A DNA stretch of 64,000 bases, taken from positions 6,144,311-6,208,310 of the forward strand of contig OZ199839.1 in the NCBI GenBank assembly GCA_964304625.1, in the 5' to 3' direction. The DNA comes from Kudoa neothunni (Eukaryota; Animalia; Cnidaria). A program made the translations under genes and the position numbers. Positions 51,833 to 64,000 of this stretch are shown in pieces (positions within the stretch are counted from its first letter, which is position 1; each line of letters starts with the position of its first letter). The notes below the pieces were generated by a model. That model was not told the origin of the DNA, ran no database searches, and saw only the letters and a list, made by a program, of their open reading frames with translations.

Positions 51833-53908
51833 TAAATTGATGAAATAAGTCCAACTTAATGTCGGAATTCATCGCAATTTTCCGGCGATTTTGTAAAAAT
51901 TCTTTGGCCGTGTTTATTTTGCCGGACGCGCTTTTTCTCTTAAACTAATAATTCAGTCGTTATTATACCCACTAAAAAATATCTTTTATAAAGGCGGAAT
52001 ATGAATTTGATTTCATTAATTCAGGGACGTACCTTAACCTAACCAATTTGTATCAATATATTCTAAATGAAACCAAGGTGTAGTACAACTATTTGGCTAA
52101 TTCTTTGATAAAATTCTTACAATAAAATAAATATCTCATGGAATGATTATACATCATTAAAATTTAATAAAATGTTGAGTATTCTATTTTTTCAATTTTT
52201 AGATAGATGATACCATGTAACTTCACATAAAATTAAGTTCTATTCCTATATATCGACATTATTATTATTATTATTATTATTGTTATCATTATAATAAAAG
52301 AATTATTTTCTAAAATCTATAACTATTTGTAATACAACTTTTGGTCTGCCTCTCAACTTCGTCACTGTTGGTAACTTTATTCCTATAATTTCGGGGATTT
52401 CGCAACATGGATAAAATTCAACTAGCTATCAAAGATGGATATTTAACCGTATAACCATTCACAATATCCTCGATTTTCATAACAGTTATTTATGTGTCAT
52501 TATCTCGAACTCCTTGTATATCGACCCTCTCCTTTCATTATTCCTCAGTAACGGAGGGTAAAATAAAAATTGTACTTAATGCACTCTTATTAAATTTTGG
52601 ATCTGAAATTTCTTGATTGTTGTTGATAATAGATTTAGAGGTTATTTTAAACTAAATTATGTTGATATATTAATAATAGAAAACATGAACTATCTTATCC
52701 AAAGAATCCTCGTTAAAAATAAGCGAGATTAATTCATACAAAATTTTGTTTAACCCTTTGAACCCCGAATTTAATTCAGCGACTGAAAAGGTTATTTTTC
52801 CTCATTATGTTTAATTTTAAATAACTTCATTTAAAATATCCAAAAATTGAACCACTAATTTCAAAAATTATAGAGTTACACACATGGTGCCAAATGTCAA
52901 CATGGATTAATCTGTCTTTTTAACATACATGTAAACACATATTTTTTTCTTAGATTCATTTTTAGAATAAACCTATTTAATAGTATATGTGTATATTTTT
53001 TAATTCTACCGAAACCTCCAAATTCTAAGTTAAATTGCATGGTACTTTTTGTTTTTTGTATATTTGCCGTCAAGTTTGATATTTGTCTATATTGCTATTG
53101 ATATAAAACGTATAAGTTTTTATAATTCATTTTTAAAAAATCACATAAATATGAACTATATTATTATGATAAAGATATATTTAAAAAATGTAATTAAATG
53201 GTTAAAACACTCAAATAATTAAAATGTTGCCATTCGGCAATATCAGGACTTAAGGGTCAATATATCATGTTTAGTCCTCAGCGATGCCATTTTTTTTGCA
53301 AAGAATTTAAGCTTTAAATATCGATTAAAGGTAGAGTTTGGAGCAGATAATTCATTCGAATTTTATCTATTAGCCGGCTGCACATTACAAAAATAATTCT
53401 AAATATGTATATCTTTGGTCATTTTAATAAATGATGGGTAATGATTCTTGTGTCCCTTCCAATTATAAATTTTTTGGTCATATAAATCCATATTCATTTT
53501 CTTTCTAATAGTAATAATATGTCTGCATGTTAACTTTATACTTAAGCTGACGCAACATGTTCAATTATCGGAATAAGATTCGATTTAATTATTTATTTCA
53601 ACTTTCATAATATTGTATGCATATAACGTGAATGATGTGTTATATCTTATATTAGTGTCTGAATTTCATTTTTTAACGGTTTGAGTTGTTAGCTCTTTAA
53701 CTGCTCTACTCTCCCGCTCAGTTCTTATACTTGATAAACAAATTGGCAAATCTTCTATAATCTCCGATCCAGTAACAAAAGTGCTTCCGTTTTGAATACG
53801 TATCTATTGATTCTTTAGCCTTTCCAAAATTCGGTAATGAATCAACGACCTCAAGGTCTGGTATAGTATCTTGCATAATTAGCGTTTTATCAGACTCTCC
53901 TTCCTTAA

Positions 53909-54736
53909 CCTTCTAAAGAAGTGAAAAAAACTATCTTCGGAGGATCTTTGGGGTCAATTTGACCCCAGATTATTATTTGATAAACAAGTTCCAAAAATCG
54001 CTACCAATTCAATTTTCTGATACTTTCAATTTCCATCGACCATTTTTTCAGAAAAATAATATGAAATATAACAATTATTATTTAATTTCACTTAGACCGT
54101 AATACTTTTTCAGTTGTTTTTATTAATCTAAACTAGCGCGAAACCCCACCTTTGTCAGGTTACACAAATATTTTGAGTTGAAGAACCCTTTTTAAAATCA
54201 TGCAAAATATATTTATAATCTTAGTTACCCCTAGGATTAACGAAACTAAAATATTTTTAAAGAAAATCGCACAAGCTGTGTATCAACCACCTCACACGGA
54301 CCAAAATTTAAAGAAAGGGGAAATAGTCTTCGAATAATTGATAAAAAAACTCAAACCACATGCTCATGTTACAATAAATACTATTGCTCAGTTCGTTCAT
54401 GAAGAAATGTAGGAATTGTTCAAATAATCAGATAATTCGGATCGAATTTTTAAAAATTTTTATAATTTTTTTGTTGCAAGAGGAATGTATAGTATTCAAT
54501 TTATCGACTAAAAGAATTGACGCAAAGTATCATTTTTCGTACAATCATTTGTGAACAGGATCCGAGATTATTAGGAAGATATTAACACAGATTAAATGAT
54601 ATATTAATCACCATTTTACCAAAGAATGAGTCGATAGAATTTACAAAACATCACTTTTGTACTTTTTAAAAAATTTTTATAGTATAATTGTAAAACAAAA
54701 ATTTGGGGTCAATTTGACCCCAAAGTCCTCGGAGGG
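53909..54736. mobile_element. piggyBac-type MITE containing a Helitron 3' end fragment
   Basis: TTAA at both ends (53905-53908, 54737-54740); CCTTCT.../...GGAGGG termini; TTTGGGGTCAATTTGACCCCA at ~53947 and ~54702. An inverted Helitron end, ACTAGCGCGAAACCCCAC, lies at ~54132. Confidence 0.8.
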
Positions 54737-55187
54737 TTAATGGTAGAATTAGGTATTATCATCGTTACTGTTGTATTTTAAAGGTCATTTTACTCGTTTA
54801 TGATACTATACTACATACAGTTAACTTCATTAAAGAAATATACACTGGTTCATCAAAAACTTAAAGTATTAGTATTGATACTTATACGAGAATTAAAAAT
54901 ATCCTCGATCCACTTGGTTTCCTAACTGTTATCTAACAAAATAAATGAAACCAAATTTACATTTTGCATTTAAAAAAGATACTTTTGGAGAAAATGATAA
55001 CGATTGAATTATTACTTAAAAGAAAAAGCGCGCTCAGCAAAATAGACACTGCCAAGTAGATTAATCCAGGTCCTTCTGATTGTTGGTCCGAGGCGAAAAA
55101 CTTAAGTCAATGATAAAATTTTACGGCGAGCATGCTTTGTACCTAACGAGAACCGATCCTAAGAAATCAGAATTTCTCCCGATAATA

Positions 55188-55833
55188 CAGTCGAACCTCT
55201 ATTATCTGGAAGTCGCGCTATTTTGGTGATATTTTAAATTTTATTTGGATTATATTGAGATTACGTGTCGATAAATGTTCGATTATCCAGAATCTCGCTA
55301 ACCGTAACAATTATTTAATCGTAATTCCGATTTAAAATACTGCCATTCACCATAAGACTTATACGACGTAGCATATATACAAATTCGATACTTTAAACAA
55401 AAATATTTCTAATTATTTATTAATTTTTCTTTTAAAACTTAAATTAAGCATTCAGTCCTTACATAAACTTTTATTGTATCTGAACATATGCCTGCATGTA
55501 TATTAAACAAGCTTTAATTACCGATTATTTAAAAAAATGGATCATTTCTCTGTAGACGTGTTTTTCCCATAATTATGTACTGATTTTTCTTACAAGTTTC
55601 CATATTCTTTGTAATTAGATTTTCCAATTTTTATCAATTTAAATTGCGTAAGTCAAACTATTTCACTTAATAAATAGTAAAAATTGTTTATAAATCAAAT
55701 GATCAATCTTCTAAGTAGAATTTTTTTAAATTTGTAAACGTGTGACAATGCTTATCTTCGATTAACCGGAACCTCGCTATCCGGGGAAAATCGCTGGTCC
55801 CAAATTTTCCACCGGATAGTCCAAGTTGGACTG
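55188..55833. mobile_element. pogo/Tigger-type MITE
   Basis: TA|CAGTCGAACCTCTATTATCTGG ... CCGGATAGTCCAAGTTGGACTG|TA, with internal CTCGCTA(T/A)CCG subrepeats. Confidence 0.75.
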
Positions 55834-56055
55834 TATATCATGCACGATTTTCGCGTAATCGACTCCGAAATAAGTTTGATGCAAATAGTCATTTTTTTAC
55901 AAAAAGCTATTTAATATATTTTTGATTCATCGATTAAAATTTTCTCAACAATTCCTTTAATTTTAAACGAAATTTTGTTAAATGAACACGGAGAAAAACT
56001 AAAAATTAACTTTCCGATGTTGATTAATGATAGCTGGTGAGGTAAATTTTTAAGG

Positions 56056-56810
56056 ATGAGCGGTTTTGAGCACGAATTTATGTTGAATGATGATACTGAG
56101 GCCAGTAAAATTTATGACGACAAAATTTCTGAAAATTGCTATGTTGATAAAAATAAAGATAAATGTTCGATTGAAAGACCTAGAATAGCGACAACGGGAA
56201 GGGAGAATATTATAAGCCAACACTCTGGAATAGCAACGTACGCTACAGCAAGAATCACCGAAATGGTGGATTCGTTTTTGATATTTTTCAATCAAACTTT
56301 TTTTCAAATGTGATATCAAAGACGAACAAGTTTGGATTGGTTCATTATAACAATAACTAGAAAACTTTAACCGATGTGGAAATGAAGGCTTACATAGATG
56401 TTCTTGTCTATGTAACTATTTCAAAACTAAGTTGGAGTCCATGATGTTGCTATAGAATGTCGAATAGGTAAACCTATATTCAGACAAATAATGCCTCTAA
56501 AACGAATTACCAAAATATCGAGGACGCTCCACATTGATTACTTTGAAACTCATGAAGCTCGTCGTTCTGTAGACAAAAGTTTCCCAATGTTGAAAGTATT
56601 TGAAAACTGGATAGCTTGCATTTCCAAATTGGTTATACCTGGAGAGAATTTGACAATGGATGAACAATTTGTTGCGTTTCGTGGAAATGTCCCTTTAAAG
56701 TTTAAACAGTACATGCCTCCAAGACAGCTGCTTATGGCATCAAATTTTTCTTGGTCACCGATTCTGTAACGAAGAATACACATAACATATCAGTGTGTTT
56801 AGGGAGGAAT
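56056..56810 (+). pseudogene. piggyBac transposase remnant
   Basis: NIISQHSGIATYA...DSFLIFF and PGENLTMDEQFVAFRGNVPLKFKQYMP (piggyBac vDE..v.FrGr..f.QYmP), broken by stops and frameshifts. Confidence 0.85.
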
Positions 56811-57249
56811 AATGATCAACGAGCGAAAAATGTCAACTCGTAAATTTTAGCAATTCTTCACCCGAACACTGTCCGATACCTGTTCAATCTCCATTTTTTT
56901 CCAATTAACATCGATAATAATAATTTAATTTCTCCATTTAATAAACGTTAGACTTATTCAATGCAATAATGAGATTAACATGACATGTGTGAATTAAGTG
57001 GTTTCATCTAGTTTTTTCGGAAATTTTACTTGTTTTCATTAAGCAATAATCCAATAAAATTATTATATACATTGTTAGATGAAGGTTTTCTTCGAGATCT
57101 TCCTCGAATGTATTCTAATTTTTCTTATTTCAATTGCTTTTCAATAACAAAATGCCGAACTTATGTCAGAAGAGCTGTCACAAATGGAATCATATGAGCG
57201 ATATGATTATGATTATATGTTTTTTTATTTCTTTAAAGATTAATAAAAT

Positions 57250-57620
57250 CTCTCCAAAACCGCTTTAGTACGATTTCGGTCACAAACTAAATTATCCCTG
57301 ATAAGAGGATTTCTTTCCAATTTCAAGTTGTGATGGTCCATCTCTCGTAATCTAAGTATGAAAAAAAATTATTTATCATTATTGCATAGACAATTTTATT
57401 TTATCCGGATCTAACATGATTATTTGGGGAAGTAAAACGGGGCCCAACTGTTTTTTGAAACTTGGAGATATTTGCTTTCTCAACGTTAATAGGCGAATCA
57501 ATTGGCGGCGAAAGTTTTGTGATTGAAATTGACAAAATTCTCAATGATAAATAAAAAAGTTTTCTTCGATAATCTAGAAAACTTTTAGCCGAGGAATGGT
57601 TTTGATAAATTTAGGGTAGA
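57250..57620 (+). pseudogene. Merlin (IS1595/ISXO2-like) transposase remnant
   Basis: SLIRGFLSNFKL (~57296) and IGGESFVIEIDK (57501-57536) resemble the Merlin SIR.G.F....L and IGG....VEIDES motifs. Confidence 0.55.
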
Positions 57621-59399
57621 AATGTTTAATTTTTAATCAACGTTCTAAGGACAATTAAATATACTATTCAATAAACAAATTAATCAATTAATCAGAATTT
57701 GAATTTTTAACGTGTAAAAAAAAAGATGTGGTATTTTTATTATAACCATGTGTACGTAGATTTAATCGAACCCAATCCTAAAATGATTATTAAATAATAA
57801 TATATAAAAATTAATATAAATCCAACAATAACACACATAGTAGTTATGGAATTATTGTCAACAGTTTCATAACTTTAATTAAAAATTACGCTATGTTTAC
57901 GATATAAAAAATATATATTATTACTTAATACTTATAAAATTTTAATATTAAATTAATATATTAGTTAAAAAATAGATTGCATATAAAATCTGCCAATTAT
58001 GTTAACATTCCTTGTCAACATTTATACTAAAATCTAATTTTTAATTCTAATTTTATTTATCAAAAATGATTAGTTATATTAACAAATTTCTGTATAAAAT
58101 TCGTACAAAGATTTTTTAAATAAGGTATCGAGTATACTGATAGTTTTGAATTGTCCATATTACTATAAAAAATTTATAAACTAACCATGACGTTGGTAAA
58201 CTTATATATTTATATTAATGTTAAAATAATACTTTTGTAATATGGAAAATAAGATGTTTTTGTTAAATATTCGAGTAGTCCATTTTTAGTATTTATCCAC
58301 TTGAAATTGTAACATTTAAATATAGGAAAAATCTAATGAATGGTAATGAATAAGTTTTAAATTAAGAACTAGGAATAAGAAGAGAATATTCAATGTTAAT
58401 TGTAACAAAATGGAGATTGCACGAGTACACGGCAGTGTTCGAATGAAGAATTGCTAAAATTTAGAAGTCGTTATTTTTCGCTGTATATTTTATCACGATA
58501 TTCTTTTATTTTATTATAAACAATCGTGAAAAATTTGGAGAAAAATCATTCGCATGATGGAGCTTTTCAGTTGCTACCCACTCCCCCATTACCGGAGAGT
58601 GTATTGTCGGTTTTAGAGCGCTCGCGAGGTTAAAAATAATTGTTGAAATATTTAATTTTTAATAAAAAAGAAAAAAAGTATAAAAACTTTTTAAAATAAA
58701 TTAAAAAGCAAACGAGACTAAAACTTAAATTGTGGTCAAGAATAAGTTTTTGTTAGTTGAATTATTTTAGATTTTTATACTTAAATTCAAATCAATATGT
58801 ACTCAAGAATTACTTAAACTAAACCTTTACATTCGACATTTGATCGAATATATGTTTTTTTCGTTAATCTTTAATTTCTAATTATAAATACAACATTTGG
58901 CTCGTGCTCAAAAATTTACGTCTAATATTTTGCACGAAAATATTATTATATCTAATGAATCATAAAATATGATTTACGCATATCTTTATCCGATAAATAG
59001 CTTCGCATCGATTTTATTATTGTCAAAAAAGAGAAGAAAAAAAATTCCAAACAATTAAATTAATTATCAGTAGTATTTATCTTATTTACAGTTGTTTTCT
59101 TGTTAAAGTAGTTGGGGTTTTTTCATGTTGGGATAATTTTAGTAACAAAATTTTTTCTTTCTATAAAGAAATCCATTGCTAAAAATTTGTATTGAAAAGG
59201 GATACAGGGTTCTCCTCATATATGGTAGGGATTGCTGAAAATAAAATGAATCGAGAAGCGCTGGATTAGATGATTTGATCTAATTAGAGACAAATTAGCC
59301 TGTTTTATCAATCCGTAAATTTCCATCTCCACAATGAGTTATAGAACGTACTTTCGCGGATACCGGAGGTTTACTTTAGTTTTAAGAGAACCAATTTTG

Positions 59400-60800
59400 A
59401 GAAAATCTCCTTTAACAAATAATTAAGATAACGTATCGGAATTTTTTAAAATACTCTTGTTTGCTTCACTTTATTAGAGCTGCATATTACATTCCAAACC
59501 AAATGAAAAAATTTTATTCCTGATCAATACGGTCACAAAATATTGTAGATTTATGAAAACATTTGATGACCGTTGTTTGTGAAATATGCCTCAAATATTT
59601 TTAATGGTTGTAATGTAATCTATTAACGTGTAATTATGTCCGCATAGAATTTTTCGGGGTGACATTTTAGAGCAGGGGTCTGAAACTTACGCCACGCGGG
59701 CCTAACCCGACCCTTCAGTTATCTATACCCCCTGTCATGAATTAACAGCATAAAACTTTTTCATAATGTATAAAATACCCAAATGATTTTTAAGTTTTTT
59801 CAAGATCATTTTTCTAAATGTTATATGTTGTTGATGTAAATATTTTAACCAAGTAAAATTCATTTTCGTTGAATTGGAAAACTAGAATAAATATGATGAT
59901 AAAATAAGGTAAAAATTATTTTTACAAAATTGTAATATATTTTGAAAAAGATAGGTACATCTCATGTTGTTTGAAATCATCCAATAAATCGTTCTTTCAC
60001 AAGGTAAGCGCAGGTTGATTACATTGGAAGTGAAAATTAAAAAAAATAATAGTATCATACGACGTACTTTTCTATTTTAAAAGACTTTTATAAATTCTTT
60101 TATATTCAAAATTGAAATTATAATTAACAATAATTTAAAATTTATATGGATTAATTTTAATACTGCACGTCACCTATAAATGTTGCCAACCCCTGTTTTA
60201 GAGAATGTATTTTTCCGGGATTCAATTGTTGAGTTCAACTAGTTTTATCATTATTCTTTGGTAAAAAGCGACATTTTATCTGTAGTAAACAGTCCAAACC
60301 TTTCTGTGGGGTTGATGACTGGTCTAATAAAATTAAAACTTTTCGATTCTTAACAAAAAGATTATTATTTAAATCTTATATTATTTGATGGAAAATGCTA
60401 AATGTCATCCAAGAGTTATTCTACGTGTAATACCCAACAGAAAATTTCGTAATTCCTTCGAATCAATGCGGATCTTTAAATTTATCGATCACAACCAAAA
60501 GAAGTTATCTCCCGCTTGGTTACTTGGTTAATCTGATACTAACACTGCAATCCTATTCTTCGAGAAAATTTTTTAACGAATATTTTTTATAATGTGACGG
60601 GTTTTTCAATTAATTCATTAAATTTTGAGGTGTCGACGCTCCCAACCTATCCAAGCAGTCTTTTGAATCGGAGTCCATGGAATTTTTTTAAATCCACAAA
60701 GTTATCCTCTACTTTCGGAAACACTTTTGGGCCCAAATTCTTCTCTGGTAAGCGTGGGGTTTTCCGTAATGACCTAACCAGGTACTGATTTTCTAAATGT
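59400..60800 (-). pseudogene. pogo/Tigger (CENP-B-like) transposase remnant interrupted by a hAT MITE
   Basis: Minus-strand DLKKFHGLRFKRLLG*VGSVD and TKREITSFGC resemble pogo F.KRHGL....L.GE..S.D and K.R.T...C motifs. Confidence 0.45.
59673..60195. mobile_element. hAT MITE
   Basis: CAGGGGT ... ACCCCTG termini with a perfect 8-bp TSD TTTTAGAG (59665-59672, 60196-60203). Confidence 0.88.
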
Positions 60801-61281
60801 CTTGCCTTGTAAACTCAATTATAAATTTAAGTATCCATACCTTAAGAATCACCTAAAACAATTTTTGTTGTCAGAAAAATAATAATTGGCTAATTTTTTA
60901 TTCAATTGCAAGTGTGGCTTCAAACGCGAATGACCTATACATCTTTATATGAATATTTAAGAAAAAATAATTTGAAAATATTTAATATTTTTAATGTGTC
61001 ACATTTTTGCACCGATTATGTTCTCTCTAAATTTCAAAAAGTTAATTATCTCGTAAAAGTTTATTTGATATTAATTGTTTTCGAGTCATTCTGAAACCTC
61101 GCTAAACTCAGTCACGGACTTCAAAAAGCCACGTTATACGGGGGAATTTCGCAATCGGAAAACATTATCACGTTTGATCATTTTCGTTAAAATCTTTACT
61201 CCATATTTATAATTTAAGACAGAATATAGATACATAGATTCGGCGAACATTGCCTATTTACGCGCATGAATAACCTTCAAC

Positions 61282-62590
61282 ATGAAACAAAGTGAAAACT
61301 CATTCGTCATGCACCAAATAAAACGCAGAGGCGATAAAATCTTGTTAAACCATTGTTTTTATGACAGGAAAAAAATATAGGGATCATCAATTATGGAGAT
61401 GCGATAAAGGAGGTTGTAAAGGACGCCTGTGGCCTTTTTGGGATGAAAAGATTAATAAACTTGAAGAATGTGGAATCCATAATCATGTAATGTTAGAGGA
61501 GGATATAAATAAAATCATGTTTGAAAAAAAATTCGTAACGTTTCCGAGAATCAACAATACACCACAAGTGATATATATTCCTTCATTACTACTCAAAATA
61601 TTCGTAAAAGAATACAAATAGATGTTAATATCGAAAAAAACTTGGCAAACGCTAACTCACTTAACCTAAGAAACGAAACTTTTTGCTTTCATGATTCTGG
61701 GTCTATAGCAGACGATAGAATAATAATTTTTACAACTGATAAGAATATTCAACAACTGAATAATACGAATGTATGACTGGCAGGCGGTACGTTTAATGTT
61801 GTTCCTGAAGATTTCTCTCAGTTGTATATCATCCATGGCAGAATGATGAGAAAATTCTTTCTTTAATATTTGTCTTAATGACTGAAAAAACTCAAGCATT
61901 ATATGAACAAGTTTTAAATATTTTAGAAAATAAGTTTTTTTCTATGTTTCCCCGAGAAAGTAATTAATCTAGAAAAGTCAGCTTTTAGCTCTTTCAAAAA
62001 TGTTTCACAAAATACTAATATCTATCTTTGCATTTTTCATTTTAGCCAATGTATTTGGAGAAAAATACAAAATATAGGTGTCACCGAATTTTATCTACAC
62101 AACAATGATTTTAAATTGTATATTAAATGTTTTATCTCGTTATCGTTTGTACCATTTTTAGTATTTCTGACGAATTTCCTAAATTAAAAAATAAGTCAAG
62201 TTAGTTCGTTAATATTAATGTATCTCCATTTATAGAATATTTTGAAACAATTTTTATAAAAACATCCAAATATACTCATGAAACATGGAACAGTTTCTAG
62301 AGTATTATCAATAATATTGATCTTACAACGAACTCTGCAGAACTTTTCCATCGTCATTTTTAGTCTCGATTCGATCAATTTCATTCAGTTCTAACAATTT
62401 TTCTGGAAAAATTAAAAGAAATTCAAAGTCTTGTAAAGCAAGATATTAAATATTTAATGTGTAACCCAGAATATTCCAATAAAACCCCTAGTTATTTAGA
62501 AAAACTTTAAAAAATAAAAACAATCTGACAAAATTATACAAAATATTACAGACTACATTATTTAGAGGCTACATCTAAAACTAATTCATG
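61282..62590 (+). pseudogene. Mutator (MULE) transposase remnant with FLYWCH domain
   Basis: LWRCDKGGCKGRL...HNH (FLYWCH-like), (W)LAGGTFNVVPEDFSQLYIIHG and CIFHFSQCIWRKIQNIG; multiple stops and frameshifts. Confidence 0.85.
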
Positions 62591-63027
62591 AAAGTTAAAA
62601 TAATTATTTTGTTGCTAGTGAAAATGAGTATTATTTCATATAAAATAATGTATTCCTTAACAAAAACACGTTTTTATTTGTTCTTGCGTCATTATCGGCG
62701 AACTTTCGCCCTAGGATTGAATGATGGAGTATTTTTTCGGATGAAGATTATAAGTTTTTTGTCAGGCATTCTAGAGTGTGAACATTGAAAATGTAATCAT
62801 TTTGAAACGACTATTTATTTTTTCCATAACTTATGGATTTTTATTTTGAATACTATTGTTCCTTAGCGAAACACATTGCTCTTGATCAATCAGTTGAATT
62901 AAATCAATAGAATACCCCTTCAAATAAATCATTACAGATAATTATCAACAATGATAGAGATTATTCATCGTTATTCTTATTATTAAAAACGATATTAATG
63001 TCGGGGAAGTGGAGAACTTTCCAATCA

Positions 63028-64000
63028 ATGCATCTTTTATATTTTTCTAGTACTTTTCATTATATTTTTATAATGAACAATTTTTAGTTTTCTTTGGAAA
63101 ATGTGTTTTTACATCGGAAATTGATAATAATATGATAAAATATCATTTTTCGCAAACATCAGAAAAATACATTCTTTTTATTTCGGGATACAATATTGAA
63201 AATAGTAACAAAAAATGCGGTCTCCAGTTTTACGATAAAGACGAGTCGACGTTAAAAAACATTCCTACGTGCACTACGGATATAAAAGGTAACGATGATG
63301 TCCAAACTTCGAAAATGTGCATTTACGAGTGCAAAAAAACAGAATTGAAGTTTAGTGGGGATGAATTTAAAAAAATTAAATATTTAAGATGGTGTCAAGG
63401 GAAAAATGACGATGATGTAAAAAAATGCTATACTAAAAGAATTTTTTCATTCGAGGGTATTTAAATCTTTATGTATATAAAAACCACTAGATATTATTAT
63501 AGACATTTCAATAAAAACTATTTTTGGAGTGGAAAAGGCGAATGATGAATTTACAGTTAAAGTTAAAAGCAAAAACAATATGGGTTTCACTCATAAAGAA
63601 AACTCTGATACTGAAATAATTCAAACACCTAACACTTCATTTTACACAGAATCATCGGTAAAACTTAAATCGAAATCATATAAATCAAAATATATTCTTG
63701 AATTTAACGATAAATCTCCCGAAATATATCTCAATCCAAAAAAACCAGCTGAAGATTGGTTTATTGCATCTGGAATAAAACAAACTACTAATTCCAAACA
63801 TTATTACACACTACAATTACAGAACCCAGAACCATCAAAGTTGTGCTACTTTGGTATAAAAGAAATTAACGATTCACACTTTTCGTCCTCTTGCTCAGAT
63901 ATGAATAAAGCGGGACCATGCATACAACCTTGCTATAAAGCAACATTGTTGCATTCAAGTGATTTTAAATTCGCTCAAGTGCTTGTTAAATCAATCATTC
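63028..64000 (+). CDS. Signal-peptide, Cys-rich orphan protein (partial; runs off the window)
   Basis: MHLLYFS|IFFGKCVFTSEIDNNMIKYHF...FSFE|DIIIDISIKTIF..., using two short GT-AG introns. The exon from 63491 stays open to 64000. Confidence 0.6.

Overview
Very AT-rich eukaryotic DNA, with metazoan-like MCM5, PI4K2 and GCAT. Most introns are only ~35-70 nt and have relaxed splice signals. This is consistent with a compact-intron animal parasite lineage (e.g. myxozoan/dicyemid-like), but that is inference only. Host genes reconstructed by hand-splicing: a divergent tetraspanin, an ankyrin protein with an ASZ1/GASZ-like N-terminus, PSTK, GCAT, an intronless PI4K type II, a small GRIP-domain golgin, a WIP/verprolin-like protein, an unassigned multi-exon gene, a PTTG1IP-like PSI-TM protein, MCM5, TRAPPC2, and a signal-peptide Cys-rich orphan that runs off the window. 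The intergenic space is mostly transposon remains: at least five piggyBac-type elements sharing a GGGGT-N7/8-ACCCC subterminal palindrome, hAT and pogo/Tigger MITEs, Helitrons, a tRNA-derived SINE, a long-inverted-repeat element with nested insertions, and Merlin, pogo and MULE remnants. The standout is an intact, very young and very compact (4165 bp) Ty3/Gypsy LTR retrotransposon with identical 117-bp LTRs. Its gag-pol junction carries a complete -1 ribosomal frameshift cassette (G_GGA_AAC heptamer, 6-nt spacer, H-type pseudoknot) that the ORF track misses. The clustered single-base indels in MCM5 and GCAT are most likely consensus errors. All family assignments come from motif recognition, without database searches.
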